In this document: positions 51,412-64,000 of the stretch, in pieces
How positions within the stretch are numbered: position 1 is the stretch's first letter
How the letters are laid out: each line of letters opens with the position of its first letter
DNA from: Octopus sinensis
Taxonomy: Eukaryota
Length of the DNA stretch: 64,000 bases
Direction: 5' to 3'
Assembly (NCBI RefSeq): GCF_006345805.1
Contig: NC_043004.1
Span: 62,868,001 to 62,932,000 of the forward strand
The notes under the pieces: generated by a model
Seen by the model: the letters and a program-made list of their open reading frames with translations, nothing else
Told to the model about the DNA's origin: nothing
Databases searched by the model: none
Program-made: the position numbers and the translations under genes

Positions 51412-52877
51412 TACTTTCAAAACACTTTACACACAATAGCTGCATAACTTGAAACTGTACTCGATTGCTAAAAGTATTCCGCGGTGTAAAGATAATCAAC
51501 ACTGAACAAGACAAGATTGCATTATACATATAAAATCCAAAAATTTGCCCATCTCTTAGGAGGGAAATATTATAAACAAAAATACACACTCTATCATATG
51601 GTCTTATATGAAAGCACCGTAGTTTGAACATTCAACACTCTAGTCCTACAAATAACTGACCGTGTAAATTTCTTCATTCATTAGTTTTGTTTGCAATCTG
51701 GTATTGGTTTCGGCCTGATTAAACTAATCGGTAATTATCAACTTTTATTCATTTTTATTTATTAAATTTGCCATGTGGGCAGCACATAGACAATGTAGCT
51801 CTGCGGACTGGACACAGACACTGATGAGGTGAATGATTATGTTACAAAAATGTTAAAGATGGGAGAAGACAGAAAGCGCCCGCTGACATTCAGCTTCGCT
51901 AAATCATTGTTCTTTAAAAACCCATATACAGAGGTATTAACCCTCTTACAATTTAAAATACAATATATTTGCACTAATATGTCCATACAATTATAACACA
52001 GTATTTATACACAAATTGGAGGTGACAAACCTCTACAGTCCTTCCCCGAGTAATTTTCTTACAACTTGCAGGCATTCCTGCAACCGCAATCCGAGGCTCC
52101 GAAAAAGAATTCTATAATTCTCGTAATTATAAACTTGCTGTATCTGGCAAATGTATTTCGGAAACTAAAACTATTTTCCATTCCAAAATTGACCTATTTA
52201 ACTGGGTAATTTAAGTTTCAACATGCAAAGAGATTCAAATTCAACTCCCGTCCGCGACGGGGAAAGGCTTTCCGCTGAAAGAATACAAGAAACTGATATT
52301 GCATTTCTGTAGTCATCATTAGAAACAGACTAACGCGGTTAACTAGGAGTTTGCATTATTGTATGTCTGATAATGAATATGCAGGTACACAAAAATACAA
52401 GAGCACTCACAATATACTCGAACGCGTATATATACCTAGAAACGAATAGTGGGAATGAGCTATATATATTAATACGTGTATATACACATGCACCTGAGTT
52501 TGTGCATATACATGCACCTACACTTTAACACACACACAAAGATATGTAAATATGCATGTATGGGGTATGGTCTATATGTCAAAAATGCGTGCGTGATTCG
52601 GCGTGTAGCTGGCAGACGAAAAATCAGTGACCGAATTTGATGTGTCTACAGATATAGGCATGGCGTAAATATTAGCACAGATTTCAAAAGACGTTCTAGT
52701 TACCTCAATAGAATTGTGAGTTTTTAATGTTGTTTGAAGTGAATATTTGCGGAAGTGTAGTCGCAATATATTGCAGGGATTCCAAACAATACATAATAAA
52801 GTGGGTTGTATTAAATCTTGACACGATGTTAATTGGAACAGGATAATAAAAGTCCGTATAATGAAATTTATGTTTAC

Positions 52878-53029
52878 CTTCAGTGACGTTAAGTTCATTA
52901 GACGAATTACCAAATGTGCATTGTCAGTTGAGGAATTTATTTTGATTGCAATCAGTTGATGGTCTTCGGGTATATTAGTCTGATTCAATGTCACCATAAA
53001 ACCAATATCTCCTCTGTGGTAGTTTCCAG
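52878..53029 (-). CDS. Host gene extracellular/linker exon (phase 1->0)
   Basis: atatttacag|CT GGA AAC...CTG AAG|GTAAAC (alternative in-frame donor at 52911). Encodes GNYHRGDIGFMVTLNQTNIPEDHQLIAIKINSS... with NxS/T sequons. Phases join the CUB exon to the TM exon. Confidence 0.6.
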
Positions 53030-53178
53030 CTGTAAATATTATGCATATATATATATATATAATTATATGTATACAAGCATAAACACACATGTAAAATTAC
53101 GCTATTGTTCACACATGCAACTATATGTATATTATTATATATGTATCAATGCATGTGTGTGAATGTGTGTGTGTATCA

Positions 53179-53212
<34 letters not shown>

Positions 53213-55423
53213 AATACAAAATTTGTTTCTGCTGTTCATACTGTCTTAACGTATTCGAAATTTAATGTCTTGTCTATAACACACACTTACACACACACAC
53301 ACACACACACAAACATATATATATATGTATGTATGCATGTATGTATGTATGTATATGTATGTATGTATACATATCTTAATTATTTCATAACAGGGTATAC
53401 ATCGTGTACTATTTTGTTTAAGGTTTGTGCACAGTATTCGACTACCTGGTGTCAACAACACTACGGAGATATATGCTAGTGGATTTAATTCACGAATACT
53501 TTTGTATCCACAGAGTTGATATACAAGAGACTCTTTATTCACAAATGCTACGATGGCTTCGACAATATACAGCAACACAAAAAGTGTTTTGTCTTATACA
53601 GAAAGAAAACAGAAGAACGAACACACCGATATATGTATCTACACCACCATAGAAAATATTATACATATAGCACTGCTAGAAATAGCACACACCCCGTCAC
53701 TGTAGAGACACCGGATTTCTAATACAAACTTTCTCCATTTTAAGATAACTCTTGGCGACGGCACAACATACCTAACCAGGGGACTTAACTCCCAGACAAA
53801 TCCCCTGCACCAGTTTTTATCTCACCACCTTTTTAGAGCAGACGCCGACCGATTGTGCTAATCCTCCTCTGGCAGTGGAGAGCAGTCGCCATATTCCGTT
53901 CCATGTTGGCTACCTCTGATGCGTATACAGACAAACAGATAAATAGACAGGCAGTCAAATAGATAAATAGGTATGTATGTAGGTATGTGAGGTAATTGTG
54001 GCTACGATTTTGTTGATGACAATCAGGTTAATTGTCTCAAAAATAGTCTCTTAATATCTCCATAGAAACGAGATGTTCAGTAATTAGCTCGCATGAATGT
54101 TTTCTTTTGCGAAGAGAAAATACAATTTCCCTCTTTCTGTAATTTTACTGGAAATTCACCCAACTCTTATTTTATAAGCACTATTGATTTCCGTCATTAA
54201 CATATAAAAAAAAGTCTAATATTTGCTTTGGAATTTATGATGTGAAAGAGTCAAATAGTTTGCAACAACTTCATTCTATCTATAACGATTGTATGTGTAT
54301 CTAGGACTATATCATTGTGCATTGGTATGACAATTTTAAGAATGGTGAAATTCGCTTTGAAGAGTTGACTTTTATAAGATGGAATCAATGAAGCGCCTGC
54401 CAATATTGATAAATTCCTACGTTTATTTTCATTGAAATTAGATTTAAAATAGCGGTGAAACAGCGATTCACTTAGAAATCATGTGTATTCTTTAAAGTTT
54501 GCTTCAATCTGCTCCAAGTAATACTTTCTGTAAAGACTTACGTTCAAACAATATTGCACTGAAATTGTATCAAATAATAAACCCATCGATATATTGCCAT
54601 CTACGGTGAGGGTTTCTTTCAATACGAAATCATATTATTGTCACAAATGGTTTTATCGAATCTGTCAAGACTGTCTGTTTAATCATCAACAACATTTTAA
54701 AGTTGAGATTCAGACCACGCCACCGAGGTTGTTTGATTATACCTGGACTTTTGTGTTTTACATAATATGTTTTCCCGCCTCCGGGGGGAGGAGCAAATGT
54801 GTAGATTAAATTACCGAAGAATCAAAGGCACACTGGGTACCTGCATGTTTGAAATCAAAGTGAAATGAGCAAATTATTGATTTATAGAAGCCTTTCTTTT
54901 GAATTTCGCTCATACTTCTAACTTCTACTGTAAATATTGATATGTTGGTTAGCTTATACTTGTATTTATTAACTTGATCAAAATGGAGGATGAAAATACA
55001 TATCGACTTCGTAGATTTAAGAATTCAGAATATAAATAATGTTATGAAATTATATTGCAAATGGCAATCTGATGACTCATTGTATAAACATTAATTTATA
55101 GCATTATATAAAAGGAAAATGCATTATAACTACAACGTTATAATGCATTATTTTACTTCATTCATACCCAAAAATGCTAATGATAGTACTTTTGAACACA
55201 GGCTCAAGATTGGATGAAGGCACCGGACATGTTAAAAATGCTGTTTGAGATGATTTCGTCGCAAGAATATATTCGTAACTCATAAATATATATTGTTTCT
55301 TAATCAGTATTTATCTCACACCTAATGGAGTACACCTTTTGCTGGTCTTAGCATCACAGATCACTAAACTATATATCTGTGTGTGAGTGAGTGCGTGTGT
55401 ATGAATGTGTATGTGTGAATGAG

Positions 55424-55461
<38 letters not shown>

Positions 55462-56269
55462 TGTGTGTTTATATACGTATGTCTATATACAATATTCTTG
55501 CTTACGTTTATAACGTTACCGTTATTAATTACCTGAATTTGTAAATGAACAGTCCAATTTAGAATGCCTCTGGCTGTCTGAGATCGGCTTAAAATCTTTC
55601 ATGTTTGTTTTCACATCATGCTCCCCGTATTCGTATTATATGTGTTTCCATGTAAGAACTAATTTGTAAACAGTTTTCAGCGAAAACGGAGGTCTAATAA
55701 TTCGAGGTTCAATAGAGCGAATTTCAAAAGTAATTATTAAACAGGATTATCACTGCAAAGACCATATATTTTCGTGCTCTCCTGACCTGCTAGAAATAGC
55801 TGCCTAATATTTCTTGAACTATAACCTCTAAGACATAAATCAGGAGACATTTATACTTCAGAAATTGTGAAATCTAAAGAAAAAAAGATTAGATGGTCAC
55901 AGACGAAACATTCTTATCATACGACTTTGTTCACAAGAGACAATCCGGGCGTTTAAACAAACTAGCAACAACTGTAAATGAAACTACCACACTGTTAGCT
56001 TTAAGCACATGGTAACTGTTTATTTTGGTACTTTCTTGCTAATACATATTGGTAGACGTGTTAACACTTGTTTTGTATTTGTCACGATGATATTTCAGAC
56101 TGACGTCTCTAGAAAAAGGTCCTGCCTCATTCATACTCATTCTATACACTTCAGAAAAAAAAAAAACAAGCGTCGTTCTGTAATTCTAAAGACAAAATGT
56201 TACCGACAAAACCTTTCTTCAGTTAGGAATTTCAGACATTCAGTGTCACAAATACATTTTAATTAGAAA

Positions 56270-57256
56270 TTTGGCTTTGGGATTAACACCACTAAAACCA
56301 ACTCTATGGCTGCGATATGTTGATGATACCTTTATACTCTGGCCCCACCAGGAAGATGTACAAGTGCTGTTAAATCATGTGAACTCAATAAAGCCATCCA
56401 TACAGTCCACAAATGAAAAGTAAAAAGACAGTCAGCTATCATTCCTGAACGTATTAATAACACGCACCAAGTATGGATTCAGGACATCCGTATACCGCAA
56501 GCCGACCTTCAATTCCCACCATCCATACAGTCTAAAGAGAGCAATTTCTCAGTACCAAAAACATCGAGCAAAGAATAAAAGTAGCGAACCTGATACCCAC
56601 CACGAAGAACTGATCAACCTCAATAACAATCTATTAAGCAACCACTACCTCAGAAATATACTATCTACTCAAATTATGAAGAAAAGAGAGGATGAAGCTA
56701 ATAAACTGACCACAGTCTATCTACCCTATGTGAAAGGCCTCACCGAAAAGATACAAAAGATATGCGGCCCATATGACATCAAGACCGTATTCAAGAGTAA
56801 TACAACACTTCGCAAATATCTCCTTCGAGTAAAACCACCAATAGAAGAGAATATGACCAAAAACTGTATGTATTCCATCCATGCAGCTGTGGTAGGTTAT
56901 ACAAAAGCGAAACATGCCACCCCCTCAAAATAAGGGTAGAGGAATATCACAAAGCTACGACACGAAGTGATATTGATAAATCGGGTATAGCCGATCATGT
57001 ATGGGAAAATAGAGGCCACCTCCCGCTGTAGGGTGAAGTTAAGATAATTAACAGAGAACACCACTGGAAAATAAGAAAACTAAAAGAAGCAGTACATATG
57101 CTAGGACACAACAGCCTCCTATGCAGACCGAGTGTAGATACGAAAAGAATATGGGAAGAGGTATTAAGGAAGGATAGGAAAATATTAGATTTATAAGCCC
57201 TAAATTTCACTCCATAATTGCCTACAGGTATATGGTGTGGTGGTTAAGAACGCGGG
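56270..57256 (+). mobile_element. Penelope-like element 3' half (RT thumb + GIY-YIG) followed by a truncated tRNA-like head
   Basis: WLRYVDDTFILW, SVYRKPT, LPYVKGLTEKI, frameshifted NCMYSI/CSCG, SGIADHVW, EHHWKIRKLKEA. Positions 57223-57256 match 10651-10684 at 29/34. Confidence 0.9.
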
Positions 57257-57495
57257 GAGAACTGAGAAAAACATCGCAAATATGCGTGCAGCTGTGAGGG
57301 GAAATCGTCGAATTACCATCCGTGAGATATTGGAGGATATGCAGATTAGTTATGGTTCAGTTCAGTCCATTATCATTGAAGATTTGGATATGAGACGCGT
57401 GTCTGCTAAGAATGTGTCAAAACTGCTTTCAGTTGAACAAAATGACACTCGGGTTTCAATTGCACAAGACCTCTTTGACTGTGTTAGAGAAAATG
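57257..57495 (+). mobile_element. Mariner transposase fragment (second HTH)
   Basis: RTEKNIANMRAAVRGNRRITIREILEDMQISYGSVQSIIIEDLDMRRVSAK..KLLS.EQ...RV. Confidence 0.85.
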
Positions 57496-57770
57496 TTTGA
57501 AAACTTTGCGTATGCCTCTGAGCAGGTATCGCCAAGCCTTTGGCAAAATTTGATGCTGACTCTGTTCAACTTCGTCTGTCTTTGTCAATGCGATGATTAC
57601 ACGCTGCACGCCTTCCATCCAAGCACTGCTGTAGACAACGGAAGTGAACTAGAACGTTATGACTTTGAGCACGTGTACAACTGTGCTGCACGTCAATTTG
57701 TGCCAGGCGTCTTAATGGCAACATTCTTGATATTTATTGATTAAACCAGGTAATATAGCTATACACATGC
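57496..57770 (-). mobile_element. Mariner 5' UTR/N-terminus in inverted orientation
   Basis: Minus strand EQ[fs]VSIKFCQRLGDTCSEAYAKF, the typical mariner N-terminal EQRxxIKFC motif. Confidence 0.7.
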
Positions 57771-58656
57771 ACACAGAGACACACACACTCATATATATAT
57801 ACATTGGCATGTATATACGTGCTTGTAGTTATGCGTCTATGTAAGTATATGAATGAAAGGGGTCTGTTATGATGGTGTATATGTTAAAAGTACAAGTCTA
57901 AGTCACTAGTGACTCACGACGTCTTTTAGAACATTTTGTATATTCTCATACCATGAGAATATACAAATAAAAATCACGAAGATAATAATTGAACAAAATG
58001 TATATCAAATGCAAAAATTAAGATTAAGATACTTCCTAATGTGTATTTTAAAAATAAAGGAGATAAAGTTTATTAGGGACTGATCTAGTAACACTGGATA
58101 TTTGAAAAGGATGTTCAGTATTGAGTGTAAGCGGAGGTCGTCTTGAATAGTTTTCTGTATTGTACCTACCATTCTTGTGAATAATTTATAGAAAGTGCTG
58201 GAAGATAGCTACTACTAAAGGCGCCGAGTCATATGCAGAGCATTTTCGAAACTATAAATATGCACATAGCAACATTCCGATGACATTTTCGTCATTCTCA
58301 TATTTTCCATTTTTTTTATGACTCCAAGGAAACGGTTTGCCACAAACCAATATCTTATACCGTCAGCGTATTAGTGTTAGTAATATTTTCTTTATAAAAG
58401 CATGTGTCCGTGTTTACGTGTGTGTGTGTGTGTGTGTGTGAGTGTATGTGTTTGTCACTTCTGCTTCTTTTCATATATATGTGTCTTTCTATGTGTGAAT
58501 GTATATATATACGTATTCTTATAAACATAAATGTATATGTACATATATTTATATATATGTAGGTGTGTATATATATATCCATAGATATATATATATATGT
58601 GTGTGTATGTGTTTGCATACAAGTGTGCATCTAAGCGTATATATATATATATAAAA

Positions 58657-58693
<37 letters not shown>

Positions 58694-58913
58694 ATATATA
58701 TGTAAGTATAGCTATATACATTTAAACAGTACACGAATACCAAAGATAGTGTAACATGCTTTTATTGCAGCTGAAGAATGTTCAGGAAACTATTACTTAG
58801 AATTTCATGTTCCCATTCGCCGGGAATATGAAAGTCCGAGTAATAATTTTGTAAACATTTTGGTACATTGACAAAAGTTTATATATATGTATATATATAA
58901 GTATATATATATA

Positions 58914-58978
<65 letters not shown>

Positions 58979-58981
<3 letters not shown>

Positions 58982-59270
58982 ACTGAATAAATTTTATGTC
59001 GCTAGAGTATTTAGCTTCCATTTTTAGCATATTGGGAAATAATTTTTTTATTCGCCCTTCTTTATAATTCTATTTATGGTTTTGACCTTAAGACGTATTT
59101 TTCATATGCTGGCCAATGATAAAATTGTTTGATAAAATTTTTATGAAAAATACATCTTAAGGTCAAAACCATAAATAGAATTATAAAGAAGGGCGAATAA
59201 AAAAATGTTTTCCCAATATGCTGAAAAATGGAAGCTAAATACTCTAGCGACATAAAATTTATTCAGTTAT
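58979..59270. repeat. Near-perfect inverted repeat, ~128-bp arms, 35-bp spacer
   Basis: 58979-59106 is the reverse complement of 59142-59270 with only a few differences; abuts (TA)n on the left. Confidence 0.92.
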
Positions 59271-59776
59271 GTTATTACACCACGTGCCAAAACGAGGAAT
59301 GCAGGCTAACAGATATCCATAAAAATATAGTCATCCTCGAATCGGTTCCGATTTCTGGATTAATCCAAAAAGTATTCTCCTTTCATCAGCGTAGAACAGA
59401 AACGAAACTATATGACATACTCAGACATACCCATGGAAAAGCAGATGCAAAGTCATGAATACGTTTAAGTACCCCAAATATATCAAAATAGAAATTCCGT
59501 AGCAAACCCCACCACAAGTGTAGTGGGTAAGGAAACACGCACAAGTTGTTAACCAGCCCCAAAGTGAATGAGAACTAATTTACTACTAATATAAAGATAA
59601 AAATCTTTTTAAAAAATTTCAGAGTCCAGCATATCAAAAAATACGTTTTAAGGGGAAAATTACAAATACAACTATAAATATGGACAAGGAAATTTTTTTC
59701 TTTGTCAATATGCTGAAAAATAGATGCTAAATCGTATAACTAGAAAATATTTTCAATTTGCCCTTATTTATAATTG

Positions 59777-59812
<36 letters not shown>

Positions 59813-60049
59813 ATATACACACAAACGCACACACACACACATACACAAACACACACACGCACACACACACACAGACACACACACACACATATCTATATAT
59901 ATATATATATATATTTTAATGATTGAATTGAACTAGTTTCAGTTCACGGACTGTAGCCATTTCGGGGCGCCACCATTCTGTATTGCTAGAAAAATTTTAC
60001 TTGACTAATTATTTTTAGAACTTGTCGTTTGGTGCCAGAGGGAGCTTCC

Positions 60050-62690
60050 CGCCGCTGACTTAATTTGCACTTCCTGCTGTGATGTTGATTCACCTGGGAT
60101 TCTTGACATTGAGAGATCTATTTTAGGTGGAAACATCTACATCCACAGCATGTAGTACACTGAGGTCATTGGAGAGGATATTGAAGAGCTGAGGGCCTTT
60201 AATGTCCAGGCTATTGCAACATCCTGACCTATAATTTGATGGCAAATTTGGAGACTTTGGCACCATGCAGTGGCATCCTATTCTAGCGTTAATCTAACTC
60301 TCAATGCCAAACTTTGGGTCAAGTCCTTGCAGGATCTTCCATATGGCATATGTTTCTCGCCTATGCTCCTGATAAAGTCTTAATCTCTTAAGTCTTTCCC
60401 TGTACCTTATATGCTGCGTAGTGGCTATCTTCTTGTTGCGTCGTTGGATTGCCTCAAGTTCTGCAAGCTGGAGGTGATGATAGCTGGGATCAACATCAAA
60501 ACGGCCTTGCACAAATGTCTTCCAGAAGACCTTCATGGTTTCCTAATCTCCTGCTTTAAAAGTTTTAAGAAGCCATCCGTGTAGCCGCCTGCATTTCATT
60601 GTCAGCTTAGCAGCATGAACGTGGAAGGATGCGCACTGACTGTGTCTCTGGGATTGCAATCCCTCCAGGTCCAGTGTATTTAATTGGTATTGCATTTAGT
60701 TTTGTATCTTGATAGCATAACGCATTAAACTTTCCAATATTAAACTGCATGATGTTCTTCTTAGCCCGATTGCATATTTCTTGTAACTCAAGTTACAGGT
60801 GCATAGCACCTTCAGGGTTCTGTGTCACCAGTGAGACTTTGATCTCATCTGCATAACTTGTGATCGTGGATTTCTGTGTGACTGAGGGCATATCTGTGAG
60901 GGACATTATGAACACGAGTGCTCCCAAAAATGTTCCTTGCGGAACACCTCTCACTATTTGCCTGTCACTGGAGGTGGCTCCATTGGCTCCTGCCGCTCGA
61001 CATGTATCATTCAAAACGTCATGCAGCTTTGCTACCAATTTCACGACTATGCCGAGATCACGTACATTGTGACATATTATTCCATGATAGATTTATGTCA
61101 GGCAGCTTCTTCCTTTTCGGAAACCGTGTTGGGTGTCAGTAAGCAAGTCATATTCCTCAAGGAAAGTGATTAGTTTTCTTCTGACTACTTGTTCCATGAC
61201 TTTGCTGATCGGAGAGGTCTGAGAGATAGGTCTGTAGTCTTTTGGCCACCTACCTTCTTTATGGATGGGGCATATTTCCCCTTCCCTCAGCCTGCTTGGA
61301 AGTTTGCTATTTGTAAGGAAGCTCTGGAAGAGAGACTGCAGCTGTCTCGCTAGGACTTTTTACATGATTTGAGAATCCATCAGGGCTTTTAGCTGAGTTT
61401 AGTTTCTTTTCATCTGTAGCCCTTATAATATAGTTTTCTTTCATATTTATGTAATCAATCATCACTGCCTCTGTTGTTTTTTTGCTTTTATCTGAAGTGG
61501 CGAAAACGTCACCTGGATTGTTGACTTGCAAATGTCCTACAGGTGGCGTGAAAGCACTTTTGAATCGCTCATTCAATATTTTACTACTCCTCAGTGGGTT
61601 TCCTGTGAGTGAAACAATAGTTTTCGAAGAGAGATCATATACTACCGTGCACTGAGATTGTTTCAGGGCTATATTTCTATAGCCTAGACTTCTTTGTCTG
61701 CTCTTTCCTTTTCATGCTAGAGTTGCATTTTTTTACCCTTTAGCACTTGTATTTTCAGGCAGGATTTTTTTATGCTTTTAATTTGTTTGTTTAGGCAATT
61801 TGAAATTTTTGTACACTATTTCATAAGAAATTTCCTCCCTTTGGGGAATTTGTTCTTGTGTGAAGTGGCCTGGCTCTCGGGGATATATCTGTAACATATG
61901 GCGTGCATTACAGACAAGAGTTGTTGAAGTTTCATGTCGGTGTCCGGTGAAGAGAGATTTTTAGGCCAGTTTTCTTTGAGGAACTCTTTTTAAATTTGCG
62001 TCCAGTTTACCTTATGGAAGTTAAAACTGGAAGTATTTTGAGAGTTTCTTCTAGGTTGCATATCTTTGGTTTCTTTTGGCCGGTACATGGTCATGTCTAC
62101 CAGATTGTGCATCCGAGTGTAGCGTCGGTGTCACATTCACATTATGGATAAGATCCATATTATTTGTGAAGCATAAATCCAGTATATTACATGCCCTGTT
62201 TGGTTAGAGTACTATTTTCCCATGTATAAAGTGTTGATGAGGTTCAGGAGGGACTTCAACTGTCCTTGTTCCCAGTGCGACATGGGAGAGAAAGGTGCAC
62301 ACGCCGTCCGACGTTGGGCACATTAAAATCTCCTGCAAGAAATACATAATATAACTAGAACTTCTATTTTTGTAAGGTAGTCTTCAAACTTGTCCTCGTG
62401 ATACGGAGCATCTGGAGGACGATATGTAGAACATATGACTACATCGAGTACAATTAGTGTGCCACATACTGAATTTGAGTGTGACAAAAGTATCTGGGGT
62501 GTACGTTCTTCGTGGATATATATAGCAACTGTACCATGACTCCTTTCTTTTCTCTCGGTCCATAATAACACATACTCTCGTATGTGTATTTCTGCATTTG
62601 CTATATCTGGTTTTTGGTGCCTTTCGGTAAGTGCTATGCATAAGGCTTGATTGCATGCAACAAGATCTCTCAGGAAATGAATTTTACGCT
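60050..62690 (-). mobile_element. Degenerate CR1/Jockey-superfamily LINE (APE endonuclease + RT)
   Basis: ICSTYRPPD (APE), KSPDGF (PGPDG), GVPQGTFLGALVFI and SYADEIK (QG..LGP / YADD), LEAIQRR and Y.ERLKRL.L in the 3' region. Confidence 0.85.
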
Positions 62691-62920
62691 TGTTACTAAG
62701 TGCTGTCTATTCTTTATGCAGAATATGGACCCCTCCAGTACCTACACCTCAGATCCAACATGGCTATTTAAAGCAGATAATGTATTGAACTGACAACCAC
62801 AGAGATTGCATATCCGATTTGAACCACCAACAGCTGCAGTTAAGTTCCGATGATTGTGAATCTTAAACTATCTTTGTCTTTTAAGGGCTCCGTTAGATTT
62901 GAAGAGCTTATGGCATATAT

Positions 62921-62925
<5 letters not shown>
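62690..62925 (-). mobile_element. RTE-like LINE 3' end with two decayed C2H2 fingers
   Basis: ICHKLFKSNGALKRQR*FKIH and CNLCGCQFNTLSALNSH (62760-62810); upstream part replaced by (TA)n. Confidence 0.5.
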
Positions 62926-62969
<44 letters not shown>

Positions 62970-63367
62970 ATATCAATTCTGATATATATTATATTAATTC
63001 TTAACTTTTTATCTCTATTCATTCATCAATTAGAGATATTTATTTTATTTAACACAGTTTGGATCAGCTATATAACTTTCATAAATGCTGGCATATAGAA
63101 ATTACCGTCGGTAATGTATGTTGATATGTTTTAATTAAAGATGTGATTTTTCTTCATTCTTGTTTTTGTTATTAAATACATATACGTGTGTGGGTGTATG
63201 AATGTATGTGTGTCTGTGTGTGTGTGTATGAATGTATAATACTTCATTGTGATGCAGTAATTTGTTTCGTGGTGACGTATTCTGTTGCATATCATACATC
63301 TTAACATAATAAAAAAATTGTTGCTGATCAAAAAATCAGAAAGTGTATTCAGAATGAAATGTCTTAC

Positions 63368-63553
63368 GTTCAACATTACTTGCTGTTTCTTCATTCTCCA
63401 CAATATATGTCAAATTAAATCCTCGATATCCTCGTTCACCAGATATATGATCCGACGTAAAGTGAAGCCACATCGATGTCGCATTCATAGATAATTTTAC
63501 TAATCCTCCTTTGCCAGTGAATTTGTGAAAATTTTCGACAAATGCATTTCTAC
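63368..63553 (-). CDS. Host gene exon encoding the C-terminal half of a CUB domain (186 nt, phase 1-1)
   Basis: accatag|GT AGA...GAA C|GTAAGA. SMWLHFTSDHISGERGYRGFNLTY matches the CUB signature L.F.SD......GF...Y. Confidence 0.85.
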
Positions 63554-63670
63554 CTATGGTATACAAAAAATATATAACTTACTTGATTACAAATGTTTAT
63601 GCATATTTCTACTCATACATACAAGCATGCAAAATATATAATATATATGTGTATGTCTATAAATACATGC

Positions 63671-63759
<89 letters not shown>

Positions 63760-64000
63760 CACACAAATACATATATATGTATAATTATATATATATAAAA
63801 GAAAATGGAGAATATAGTGGATATTTGGTTAATCATATTTGTGGCACGATGAAAAATAGTAATACGTCTAAGATTCAGATATAAAGGAACCGAATCAACA
63901 AAAGAAATAAGCACACAAGAATCTTAGATATGTTTCAATCCGGCAATTAGGTTTCGATCATCATCATTCAAGCGATGTTAGATGTAAAATCAACCCACAT

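Noticed and set aside
51760-51850. GPS/GAIN motif (HCLCAAHMANL) implying an adhesion GPCR
   Set aside because: Lacks the conserved W/GC and HLTxF pattern, the frame is not bounded by splice sites, and only one TM exon was found.

Overview
AT-rich, microsatellite-dense eukaryotic DNA. The SINE, Dong/R4 and Penelope content points to a coleoid cephalopod, probably Octopus (inference). No prokaryotic features, CRISPR arrays or rRNA were seen. The backbone appears to be a long minus-strand host gene rebuilt by eye from phase-compatible exons: a CUB-domain exon (63368-63553), a linker exon (52878-53029), a single transmembrane exon (35429-35568), a cytoplasmic exon (31158-31529) and tentative 3' exons (8938-8983, 8507-8683). 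This suggests a CUB-domain type I membrane protein. Its introns and 3' flank hold decayed mobile elements: four Penelope-like elements (PLE; RT and/or GIY-YIG), Dong/R4-type RLE LINEs beside (TAA)n, RTE and CR1/Jockey-like LINEs, several mariner remnants, about a dozen tRNA-derived SINEs and MITE-like foldbacks. The most striking signal is a set of complete minimal type I hammerhead ribozyme folds on PLE termini. One has a compensatory A3-U8 core, two have a U4C core inside a 310-bp palindrome, and one sits in a short non-coding element made of a tRNA-like Pol III head, (AAT)n, a hammerhead tail and an inverted tail copy. The same head lies directly behind the ORF of an autonomous-type PLE at 57.2 kb. 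Coordinates were read by eye, and boundaries of degenerate elements are approximate.
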